A stretch of 64,000 nucleotides of DNA, taken from sequence record PZ256263.1. One strand, written 5' to 3'. Made by a program: the position numbers and the translations under genes. This document shows, piece after piece, positions 55,764 to 64,000 of this stretch (position 1 is its first letter; each line of letters starts with the position of its first letter). Under the pieces are notes generated by a model that saw only the letters and a program-made list of their open reading frames with translations, did not search any database and was not told the DNA's origin. The stretch comes from a phage.

Positions 55764-56822
55764 TTACGCCGCCACCTTTCCCGCGGCAGTGAACAGAACG
55801 CCGGAAGCGTACGGGTTGCGGTGACGCAGACCAACTTCCATTTCAATCATCCACTTCTCGTAAGAACCGTCTTTAGCCAGTTCAGTGCGTTTCGGAGCAC
55901 GCAGAACCATCTGAGTCCAGTCAGCGCTACGGAAGAAGTAAACTGCATCGGTAGGCATCCAACGGTTAACGATGATTTTGTAGCTCTGGCCCAGCGGGTC
56001 AGTGATGCTGTTAACTTCGTAGATGAACTGCTTGGTGTTCTCAAAGATACGCTTACGTGAACCCTGAGTATTTTCTTGCAGACCAGCGAAGATCTTAGCA
56101 TGAGCCGGGTTAATCATGATGATATCTGCTTCAGAACCAGCGGTATACAGTTGCAGAGTCATATCAAAGATATCAGCTTCGTCGAAACCAATGTTAGTGG
56201 TCGGGTTAGAAGCGTTCTGTGCAACTTTAACAGTTACTGCACCAGTATCCGGGTCAGCAGGACCATTCTTGGTCTTGTCAACAACGCCACCAGCCAGACC
56301 ACCGTGAGCACACAGGAACTGGAATGCACCAGTCTTACGAGCTGCATGGGTGTCATTCAGACCAACAACAGCAGGATCAGTTGCAGAGTTAGTCAGGTAC
56401 TGGTCAGCCAGAACGTCGGTACGAGCCTGACCGGACAGAAGGATTTTCTCGAGGTCACGCTTGATCTCTTTACCTTTCTTCTCCAGCTGATACATCAGTT
56501 CACGACCACGACCGTAGTTAGCGGTGGTGTTAGCAGTATCAGAAACACGAACAACCTTACGCAGAATCTGAGTAACGTTAGATTTGATAACAGTCGGTTT
56601 CATTTCGCCGTCTTCAGCACGAGAGCCTTCGACGTGTGCGTTATTACCGTCAACGCTTGCCAGTGCATCGGTCTGCCAGCTAAAGATAGTCTGGTTAATA
56701 GACTCTTTACCGGTCATAGATACGAACGGGGTATCCTGAGGGGACAGAACAGAAATCCAGTTAGCAAAAGAAAGTTTTTTACCATTCTGGTCATACGATA
56801 CAAATAAAGTTGGATTAGCCAT
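55764..56822 (-). CDS. major capsid protein
   Basis: Track ORF 352 aa; directly downstream of scaffold-like gene; strong terminator after it. Confidence 0.7.
   Translation of the reverse strand: MANPTLFVSYDQNGKKLSFANWISVLSPQDTPFVSMTGKESINQTIFSWQTDALASVDGNNAHVEGSRAEDGEMKPTVIKSNVTQILRKVVRVSDTANTTANYGRGRELMYQLEKKGKEIKRDLEKILLSGQARTDVLADQYLTNSATDPAVVGLNDTHAARKTGAFQFLCAHGGLAGGVVDKTKNGPADPDTGAVTVKVAQNASNPTTNIGFDEADIFDMTLQLYTAGSEADIIMINPAHAKIFAGLQENTQGSRKRIFENTKQFIYEVNSITDPLGQSYKIIVNRWMPTDAVYFFRSADWTQMVLRAPKRTELAKDGSYEKWMIEMEVGLRHRNPYASGVLFTAAGKVAA
55776..55782 (-). other. candidate -1 ribosomal frameshift heptamer G GGA AAG
   Basis: X XXY YYZ heptamer in capsid frame (...GCG GGA AAG GTG GCG GCG TAA), 3 codons before the stop; -1 frame continues GGG AAA GGT GGC ... 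into the Ig-like ORF. Confidence 0.5.
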
Positions 56823-56863
56823 GTTATGTTAGCTCCTATACTATTAATAATTTAATTTGTCGA

Positions 56864-57940
56864 TTAATCTACGAGGAATTTGAATGCGTCTTCGTGACTA
56901 ACGCGACCCTCTGCGAATGCCTTGGCAACCTTAGCGTTGTCGGGCTTATTGGAAGTGCGAGACTTTGCAGCATCAGACTTCACAACCTTGCGTGGAGCAC
57001 CGGGACGTTTAATCTTAGCCATCACCTGTTGCTTACCTTTATCAAATTGGTATGCTTTATGGAGAGCTAGGAAAATAGACGGACGGTTTTCCTTCAATAC
57101 TTCTTCTTCAGTAGCACCTAAGTCAATTGCGTATTGCATTAAGTTTTGATATAAGTTTTCATCCCAATTTGGAATCTCACGTTTCAGAATATTAACACAT
57201 TCAATACTCTTGGCTTGGAAAGCTTCCTGCTCTTTAGCTGCTGCTTCCTGCTTAATACGGACCTGAGCCTGTTCAAGCTGTTGACGACGAGCTGTGTACT
57301 TCTCTAGGAAACGTTTGTTTTCAACATATGCTTGAGGATCTTCTACTGCAAGCTTGTCCCAATCAAAACCGTTATAATCTTCAATTACTCGGTCTGCTTC
57401 TAAAGACGCTAGTTCTAATACATCCTTCAAACCTACTACACGTTCCTCGAATGCTTCCATATGACGCTGAAGAGTTGATTCTCGTTCTGTCATATCAGCA
57501 CCAGTAAGATAGCCATTAGAAAGTTCTTCAATAGTCATCTCACGTCCATCAGGAAGGGTGATAACGGTTTCGTAGTCTACATCAAAGACTTCACCTTCAC
57601 CGTCAGCAGAATCATCTTCATACTCTGCATCGCTTGAATCTTCTTCCTCTTGTTCTTCTGCTTCAGAGGATTCGTCTTCATCTTCTTCGACTTCGCCTTC
57701 CTCTTCACGATCTTCCCAACCATCTTCATCTTCGAACTTAAGCTCATCGCTTTCACCGAGAAGGTCGGTATCAAAGTCGAAATCGTCACCGTCTTTTTCC
57801 GGGAACTCATCGTCAATGTCCACTTCTGGTTCTTGTTCAGATTCTAATCGACCGAGTTCTTCTTTGAAAGAACCTTTCAGGTCATCCAGTTGGAGGAAAG
57901 ATTTAAAATCGTTCGGGTCAATATAATTATCTTGTGGCAT
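56864..57940 (-). CDS. scaffolding protein
   Basis: Track ORF 358 aa; long acidic tracts (EDEDGWEDREEEGEVEEDEDESSEAEEQEEED); between portal and capsid genes. Confidence 0.65.
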   Translation of the reverse strand: MPQDNYIDPNDFKSFLQLDDLKGSFKEELGRLESEQEPEVDIDDEFPEKDGDDFDFDTDLLGESDELKFEDEDGWEDREEEGEVEEDEDESSEAEEQEEEDSSDAEYEDDSADGEGEVFDVDYETVITLPDGREMTIEELSNGYLTGADMTERESTLQRHMEAFEERVVGLKDVLELASLEADRVIEDYNGFDWDKLAVEDPQAYVENKRFLEKYTARRQQLEQAQVRIKQEAAAKEQEAFQAKSIECVNILKREIPNWDENLYQNLMQYAIDLGATEEEVLKENRPSIFLALHKAYQFDKGKQQVMAKIKRPGAPRKVVKSDAAKSRTSNKPDNAKVAKAFAEGRVSHEDAFKFLVD

Positions 57941-58176
57941 TATGAAACATCTCCTGCACTATTGATAGCAGCTTTTATGACCTCTTTTAAGCTACCAACC
58001 ATTTTATACTTTTGATAACAATCTTCGCGTTTCTTATTCTCATGAGGTTCTGTTTGAACTATCTCTGTCATGAGTCTTTCTTTCAATGCCTCTAATGCTG
58101 CGTCAAGACTGCCGTTAAGGTTGAGAGCCGCCAAAGCGGCGGCGTGCTCTTTATTAAATTGATGTCTAATGTTCAT
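57940..58176 (-). CDS. small hypothetical virion-module protein
   Basis: Track ORF 78 aa between portal and scaffold genes. Confidence 0.45.
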   Translation of the reverse strand: MNIRHQFNKEHAAALAALNLNGSLDAALEALKERLMTEIVQTEPHENKKREDCYQKYKMVGSLKEVIKAAINSAGDVS

Positions 58177-58185
58177 TCGACGTCC

Positions 58186-60429
58186 TTAGTTTTTACTTCC
58201 AAGACGTTTGCCTGGAATCCGTGAATCTTTGAGAGAAGCTTGTTGCTCTTTCTTAGTTACATTAGCTTCTTTCTTTTGGAGTTCCAAAGTTTTGTCCTGA
58301 ACACGAGCTTGCTGAACAATCTTCTCTTGGTCTACCTGATGAGACATAACCATCTGCAACTCTTTCAGTACAGATTCATACTGACGGACCTGCTGTTGCA
58401 TAAGAGCTAACTTGTGCTTAGCTTGTTCCAGAGTAGCATTGTTATCTTCTTTACGGTTTTCCAGAGTCATTGCATCTGCTGCATTTTCTTGCTTGAACTG
58501 CAACTCTTCCTGACGCAGACTTAATTCATCCGCAGCTTTCTGCTGTTCGAATGTAGTACGTTCACGTTGGTCGAATGCATCAGCAATCATCTTCTGAGAA
58601 GAAGCCTGTACGTTCTCAACCTGTGCTTTAGTCATCTCGAGCTGGAGGATTTCCATCGGAGAAGGTTCTGGAGGCTGATACTGTTCCAGAGGCAGAAGGT
58701 ATTTATGTGTGTCCTTAATGCCCATCAACTCAAAGATCTGTGCAGTCATGTAACGATCTTGCTCCAAACCAAAGAGAGGCGCTAACTGTGCATCTGCTGC
58801 AATCAGCTGTTTCAAGCTAATCAGTTTCTGTGCACGTTCTGCTTTCTCATTAGGAGAGATAGCTACAACAACTTGAAGATTGTGACGAGCTGGCAGTTGT
58901 TTTGGATTTACCTGAATCATACCACGAGGGGTTTGTACCTCGATAGGAACTTCACCATTTTCTCTGATAAGGTTGTAAATACCACGCATCAATTCAACCA
59001 TACCGTTGTGAGCAATGTTACGACATACCATACGGAGGCGGTTCTGTGCAGCATTCATCATCAAGCCTACAGTTGCATAAGCGTTATCATTCTTAAACAC
59101 ATCAGGGTTGATACCCATGCCTAGTTTGGTTACACCTGTACGTGTCTCTTTAAGCTCCTCAGACATGCCTAGGAGGCCGTCAATACCTTGAGGTAGGTTA
59201 TGGTATGGGAACAGGTCAATAGCGTCCTGACGTTCCATTTCAACCACTCCACCGGGACGGTTATCAAGCAGAGAGCGACGGTCGTATGCACCAACAAGAG
59301 CTTTGTATCGACCATAGTTAGCATTGTTGACGTTATCAATATAACCACGAACTAACGCGGTACGTAAATCTTGAATATCTTTCGTAATGTCATAGACCGA
59401 TTGACCATAGAAGGAACCCGGAATCGGATACGGGCAGAAGGTTACAAACGGAATATGAGTTACTTCTTCAGTGTGAAGGATATGCTCACCAGCTTGGATA
59501 ACCTGATAGAGTTTAGACTCTTTATTCTTATCTAGAACACCAGTACGAATGTAGTGCTCGTAAACCCAAACCATAGAAGCGATATCTTCGGTATCTGTAC
59601 CAATATCAGCATCAATATCTTGACGCCAGTCAGTACGAGACCAAGCAACTGTAGATTGAGTAGTATCCATCGTGTCTGTCCAGTCGTTGAATGCTTCAAT
59701 CTCGTCTTTAGGGAAGCCCATAGCAACCAGATCTTCTTTAGAACGACGAACACGATGACAGAAGTATTGTGCATCTGCAAAAGAGGTAGCATGTTCATCA
59801 ACAAAGATTTGCTCTGAAGGAACATATTCAACTTTCACACGTTTAACAGTTTGTTCATAAGTAACTTTAACATCGACTGTACCATCTTCATTTTCTTCAG
59901 TGAAGATTTCCAGATTCTTGAGTCCACCAGCTTCTAATCCCTGAACATATGCAGCCAATGCTTCCGGTGGTACACCTTCAGCTTCTTCAGTTTGAGTAGA
60001 AGTTTGTTCATCCCAATAATACTTGATAAAAGAGTTACGAGTAACTAGACATTCTTGTGCAGCAGAAGAGATAATATTATATCCCGGATTATCACGCAGA
60101 AGAATTTGGTTAACTAATTTAGTTGCTACGTCAGCAGCATCAGAATCCTGTTGGTTGTCAGCTACGAAAGTAACCGCTTCATCACCAGAACAGAATACGT
60201 TAATAATATCTTGCAATGTACCGTTAACGGATTCCCAAACAGTACGATCTACCCAACTAGAGCTGCCAGCAGTTACTGGTGCAGGTAAGTTACCATAGAA
60301 ATATTCCCAAGCTTCACGAGCATAGCCCTTAACAGCCATGTCCACGTAACCTTGAGCGTAATTAAAACGACGTTGAAGGTCAACACGTAACTCGTCCAAC
60401 ACCTCTTCACTATATTTTTGCTTAGCCAT
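58186..60429 (-). CDS. portal protein
   Basis: Track ORF 747 aa immediately downstream of terminase large subunit; coiled-coil-rich C-terminus. Confidence 0.65.
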   Translation of the reverse strand: MAKQKYSEEVLDELRVDLQRRFNYAQGYVDMAVKGYAREAWEYFYGNLPAPVTAGSSSWVDRTVWESVNGTLQDIINVFCSGDEAVTFVADNQQDSDAADVATKLVNQILLRDNPGYNIISSAAQECLVTRNSFIKYYWDEQTSTQTEEAEGVPPEALAAYVQGLEAGGLKNLEIFTEENEDGTVDVKVTYEQTVKRVKVEYVPSEQIFVDEHATSFADAQYFCHRVRRSKEDLVAMGFPKDEIEAFNDWTDTMDTTQSTVAWSRTDWRQDIDADIGTDTEDIASMVWVYEHYIRTGVLDKNKESKLYQVIQAGEHILHTEEVTHIPFVTFCPYPIPGSFYGQSVYDITKDIQDLRTALVRGYIDNVNNANYGRYKALVGAYDRRSLLDNRPGGVVEMERQDAIDLFPYHNLPQGIDGLLGMSEELKETRTGVTKLGMGINPDVFKNDNAYATVGLMMNAAQNRLRMVCRNIAHNGMVELMRGIYNLIRENGEVPIEVQTPRGMIQVNPKQLPARHNLQVVVAISPNEKAERAQKLISLKQLIAADAQLAPLFGLEQDRYMTAQIFELMGIKDTHKYLLPLEQYQPPEPSPMEILQLEMTKAQVENVQASSQKMIADAFDQRERTTFEQQKAADELSLRQEELQFKQENAADAMTLENRKEDNNATLEQAKHKLALMQQQVRQYESVLKELQMVMSHQVDQEKIVQQARVQDKTLELQKKEANVTKKEQQASLKDSRIPGKRLGSKN

Positions 60430-60454
60430 CTATTCTCTCCCTCGGTTGATAGCT

Positions 60455-60484
60455 TAAATAAAAGAAGGGAGGACAAACCTCCCC
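60455..60484 (-). terminator. stem-loop with U-rich tail between terminase and portal genes
   Basis: Minus RNA gggagg-uuugu-ccuccc followed by cuucuuuuauuu. Confidence 0.4.
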
Positions 60485-60490
60485 CTTACT

Positions 60491-62032
60491 TTAGTAACTC
60501 TGATTCCATCTGCTTACGTTTGCCTCATACAGAGAAGCACTTCCGTAGCTAACGTCATGTTTAGAACGACCACGATGTGTAACAGAGCACGCTGAATAGC
60601 GCATTGCATCCATTAAGTCATCATGTTCTTTAATAATCTTACCAACCTTACGGTGATATCTAGCTTTCTCTTCGAATAGCTTAGCGTTAGCGGCTGTGTT
60701 AAAGATTTTAAAGCGTCCACTCATCATTCTTTCTCGGATATCTGTGATTCCCGGTTCTACAAAGAAGTTCTTTTTACCATCCATTCCAATTTTGTTGTAG
60801 AAGGTCTCACTCTGTACGTTAACTCCTGCATTCTTATAGAATTGAGCAACAGATGATCCACTACCTTTCTCAATATTGTCCGCATCGTGCGGTAGGATGA
60901 CAGGAATCCACTGACCACGACCATTAATAGCTGGAGCATGATACACTGGAGTAAAGCCACCTTCTTTATATGAGTCGTAAACATAGATAGTATCCGTGTT
61001 TGCATCGTAAGCTGTCCAAACAGCAGCAGTTGGGTGATCAATACCAATATCAATTGCACAGACACGTTTCCACGTATCAGGAATTTCGAATGGTTCACAT
61101 TTAATTGTGTCATCCGATACATCATAAATCAAACCACTTCCTAACAATGGCATACCTTTCGAACGCATTTCTAATTGCCACGCTGGAATACCTTCAGTCA
61201 TATCTTTTATATCTTGGTCAGTGATATGTCCACCTAGGTCTGCATGAGCATCCCACCAAGAAGCATTCTGGAAATATAGAGAACCTGTGTTCTCATCCCC
61301 TTCACCTTTCATAAATTTATCTACCAGTTCAGTTAAACCGTTCTCTGGTGTAGCTGTAATTGTAACTAGACCTTTAGTTGTGAGTGTACGTGTGACGCAC
61401 TGTGCGAATATAGCCATAGACTCGTATGGATCTTCTTCGTCTAACCAAATGTAGTCAACTGTTGCACCCATCAATGTGTGTTCACCCTGTTGGGTTGAAC
61501 GGAATTCTAATGTACTTAAACCGTCAAACTCTCCTCTTTCGTTTTGATGTTTGATTTGTACGATTTGAAGTTTGTTACCATCTCGTTCTATCGTGTCAAT
61601 GACGATAGCATCACGAGGAATGACACCTGTCCCCAATAAGTTTGTATCCTTTCCGATAGGTGTACCAAACAATTCCTTTTGCAATACTTTCCTTGTGGAA
61701 TCCCCTGTAATACCAACTGCCCATGCTAAGATAGGTCTTTTAAATTTATATCCTGTCCACCAAGTTGGGTAGCGACCTGTGACATGACAAGCAAACTCGT
61801 ATGCCTCGCTATAAGATTTACCAACACGGTTCGCTGCACACAAGAATCTAAAGCGATGCTTCAATCCTGCTGCATAAAATTTCTTTTGGAAGTCATACGC
61901 CTTGAAAGACAAAATCTTATTATACTTCCTCCATTGGTCACGCTCTTTCAACATATTCAATAGTGCTTTCTTTTCCTCTACACTAAGATTGTTACCAGTT
62001 AGAGCTTCATAAATTTGTTTATCTAATGACAT
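60491..62032 (-). CDS. terminase large subunit
   Basis: Track ORF 513 aa; deviant Walker A CAANRVGKS, Walker B YIWLDEE, C-terminal nuclease-like region. Confidence 0.85.
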   Translation of the reverse strand: MSLDKQIYEALTGNNLSVEEKKALLNMLKERDQWRKYNKILSFKAYDFQKKFYAAGLKHRFRFLCAANRVGKSYSEAYEFACHVTGRYPTWWTGYKFKRPILAWAVGITGDSTRKVLQKELFGTPIGKDTNLLGTGVIPRDAIVIDTIERDGNKLQIVQIKHQNERGEFDGLSTLEFRSTQQGEHTLMGATVDYIWLDEEDPYESMAIFAQCVTRTLTTKGLVTITATPENGLTELVDKFMKGEGDENTGSLYFQNASWWDAHADLGGHITDQDIKDMTEGIPAWQLEMRSKGMPLLGSGLIYDVSDDTIKCEPFEIPDTWKRVCAIDIGIDHPTAAVWTAYDANTDTIYVYDSYKEGGFTPVYHAPAINGRGQWIPVILPHDADNIEKGSGSSVAQFYKNAGVNVQSETFYNKIGMDGKKNFFVEPGITDIRERMMSGRFKIFNTAANAKLFEEKARYHRKVGKIIKEHDDLMDAMRYSACSVTHRGRSKHDVSYGSASLYEANVSRWNQSY

Positions 62033-62101
62033 ACTTCCTCCAGTTTAAAAATAGAAAAGGGAAAGTCCCTTCGTCAAAGAACCTCCCCTTCTTTCCTTTA
62101 C

Positions 62102-62575
62102 TTAACTCTCGTCCGCTTCCTCCCCCTTTTCAGCGTTCTCAGAGTTGTCTTCTTCTGGAGGCATAACGTCGATACCAAGTGCTCCAGTCAAGAAGTCCTT
62201 GATTTGTGCATTCAGTGATTCTTCGTTGATTACATTCTCTTCCTCAATCTTAACTTCAACAGAGGCCGCCTTAGGATATACCAGATCTGCAACTTTTGAT
62301 GCAGCCTTGAATCTAAGATCGGGTGGAATATTAGGATCTTCGTAAATTTGAATTAACACTTCATCAGGAGACAAATGACTTGCAGCAACACGGTCCAACA
62401 TTAATTGTGTCAGTTTACCTCTACTACCTCTGGGTCGTCCGAATTTATTTCCCTTTTGAAACTTCCCATTGCTTGGGTTCATACCACGGCCTTCAAGTTC
62501 TTCCGTTACTCCGGGTAATCTTCCTGTAATCTCAGCTACCTGTGCAGGCGTGAGTTCTCCGTTTTCTCCAAACAT
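62102..62575 (-). CDS. putative terminase small subunit
   Basis: Track ORF 157 aa directly upstream of terminase large; basic GRPRGSRGK segment, acidic C-terminus. Confidence 0.5.
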   Translation of the reverse strand: MFGENGELTPAQVAEITGRLPGVTEELEGRGMNPSNGKFQKGNKFGRPRGSRGKLTQLMLDRVAASHLSPDEVLIQIYEDPNIPPDLRFKAASKVADLVYPKAASVEVKIEEENVINEESLNAQIKDFLTGALGIDVMPPEEDNSENAEKGEEADES

Positions 62576-62600
62576 TTTATACTCCTTCTACATTATCAAC

Positions 62601-62626
62601 AACACAAAAAGCCTCCCAACGGAGGC
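62601..62626 (-). terminator. rho-independent terminator upstream of the terminase genes
   Basis: Minus RNA gccucc-guug-ggaggc followed by uuuuuguguu. Confidence 0.5.
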
Positions 62627-62631
62627 AAATA

Positions 62632-63264
62632 TTACTTACAATCACCAACGGACAGGTTAAACATCTTACCTAGAGCAATCGTCTCACCTTCCCACGGAAG
62701 TTCTGCACCCTTCTCTTCCTCTAAAAGAATAGAGCCGTCGACCAAAAATTTTTCGTAGTCTCGCAGTGCGTCGTCTACTAGCTCACTCTTGTGAATCCAC
62801 GTAATTGTTTCTGTACCATCCTCTTCGATTCTAACATCACGATGCCATTCATCTTTGGAGGTAATATAATCATGGAGCATTTCGTATTCAGCTTCTTCAA
62901 TCATCTCAATCATTGCACGAGCATAGTCAGGGAGGTGATCATGTTTAGTAGATTCGTATTCAACTACTTCCAGAGTAGAAGGCTTAGCCCGTGCAACTTC
63001 TTCAAGTACTTTTGAGCGATCTTTGTAGTAGTTCTCATATTTATCACCAATAGTACCGACTTGAAGTCCACGGTATTGTTCTACTAAACTCATCATATCT
63101 TTCTTCTCCGTAATAGTTGGTTTAAGAATACTTCCACTATATAAATCTTGTACAGCCAATCCTGAAACATTTCCCATAGTTTCTAAATGCTGTAAGCTAC
63201 AACCAGAACGACATAGCTGTGAATTGTAATCGTTAAGGTCCATCGCTTGGATTAAATTATTCAT
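62632..63264 (-). CDS. hypothetical protein
   Basis: Track ORF 62632-63339; start moved to ATG at 63264 with GGGAGA upstream. Confidence 0.5.
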   Translation of the reverse strand: MNNLIQAMDLNDYNSQLCRSGCSLQHLETMGNVSGLAVQDLYSGSILKPTITEKKDMMSLVEQYRGLQVGTIGDKYENYYKDRSKVLEEVARAKPSTLEVVEYESTKHDHLPDYARAMIEMIEEAEYEMLHDYITSKDEWHRDVRIEEDGTETITWIHKSELVDDALRDYEKFLVDGSILLEEEKGAELPWEGETIALGKMFNLSVGDCK

Positions 63265-63511
63265 TTGTATCTCCCTTGCTGTAATCTTTGTATGTTTCTT
63301 TTCTGTAAGTGCGGAATGCTCTGAAGAAGAGCCAACCAAAACTACTTACATCAATAGTAATATCGAAATCTGTTTCATCATCTAAGTCAACAAGTCGACC
63401 TAAGCACGTATCTTCCATCCCTTCTTCAGAGTCACTGTTGACCACGAAAGCGTATGTCTCCGTTCTGAACCGAGGCACCATCTCTGATAAAAAGTCTAAT
63501 ACTAAATTCAT
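63257..63511 (-). CDS. hypothetical acidic protein
   Basis: Track ORF 63257-63547; start moved to ATG at 63511 with GAGGAGAAG upstream. Confidence 0.45.
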   Translation of the reverse strand: MNLVLDFLSEMVPRFRTETYAFVVNSDSEEGMEDTCLGRLVDLDDETDFDITIDVSSFGWLFFRAFRTYRKETYKDYSKGDTNE

Positions 63512-63668
63512 AATTCTTCTCCTCTGAATAAGATTCAATCTACCCATTCACCGTTGCCACCTTTTTGGTAGAACCATGCATTGCGGGATACTGAGTACAC
63601 TATGTCCTTATAAATCAAGGAGTGTAGTTCTTTTAAAAACCTCATATTCTATCCTCTGAATAAAAGTA

Positions 63669-63784
63669 TAAAGGGCTAGGCATATCTAACCCGTAAAGGC
63701 CTCCTCATACCAACAACCCGTGATCGCTGAAGTAAAGGGCATGTCATAAAGGGGACTTCATAAAGGCCATGTCACGTTAAGGCC
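63669..63784. repeat. cluster of about six direct repeats of TAAAGG(G/C)(G/C), including two TCATAAAGG copies 14 bp apart
   Basis: Read directly at about 63669, 63694, 63733, 63747, 63761 and 63777 in the gap upstream of the leftward module. Confidence 0.5.
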
Positions 63785-63983
63785 TATCCATCCATGTGCT
63801 GTGCTTAAGCTTACCACATTCACTACATCTCCAAGTGGATTTATAAAGGGTGTGAACTCTTTCATCCCCGTAAGCTTTGCGTATCCGATAGTACTCATGA
63901 TTACATTTGAATTGCTTAATGATTAACTTAATTTTCCACATAAGTTCTCTTTCAACCTTATATATAAGAGTTTTAAATTTCAA
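63777..63983 (-). CDS. small Cys/His-rich zinc-finger-like protein
   Basis: Track ORF 68 aa; CNHEY ... CSECGKLKH. Confidence 0.4.
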   Translation of the reverse strand: MKFKTLIYKVERELMWKIKLIIKQFKCNHEYYRIRKAYGDERVHTLYKSTWRCSECGKLKHSTWMDRP

Positions 63984-64000
63984 TTTGACCGAGTGGGGCT

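Noticed and set aside
34644-62345. Plus-strand track ORFs inside the minus-strand virion module (for example 34672-35259, 38984-39469, 52752-53339, 56076-56807, 59554-59817)
   Set aside because: Antisense to long structural genes, no start signals, low-complexity translations; considered spurious.

Overview
This window reads as most of a virulent dsDNA podovirus-like phage genome, organised as two opposed modules that converge on a bidirectional terminator near 34.1 kb. The + strand (1-34090) carries roughly 75 tightly packed early and DNA-metabolism genes; the - strand (34135-63511) carries the packaging and virion module. The layout, the phage-encoded ECF-type sigma factor and a recurring TAATGTATA motif upstream of highly expressed genes resemble phiEco32-like (Kuravirus-type) coliphages, but I could not run a search to confirm this. 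No rRNA, tRNA, CRISPR array, integrase or repressor was found. The main candidate for an undescribed system is a co-directional cluster at 2627-12205 encoding two paralogous amidoligase-like enzymes, a class II glutamine amidotransferase with a predicted AUU start, an ATP-grasp ligase and a GGCT/AIG2-like cyclotransferase, interleaved with unknown proteins. Other notable observations are a predicted -1 frameshift fusing the capsid protein to an Ig-like domain, a DNA polymerase split into two genes about 9 kb apart, and a macro-domain/SLOG/kinase block. All domain calls come from motifs read by eye in the translations; coordinates of hand-derived starts and motifs may be off by a base or two.
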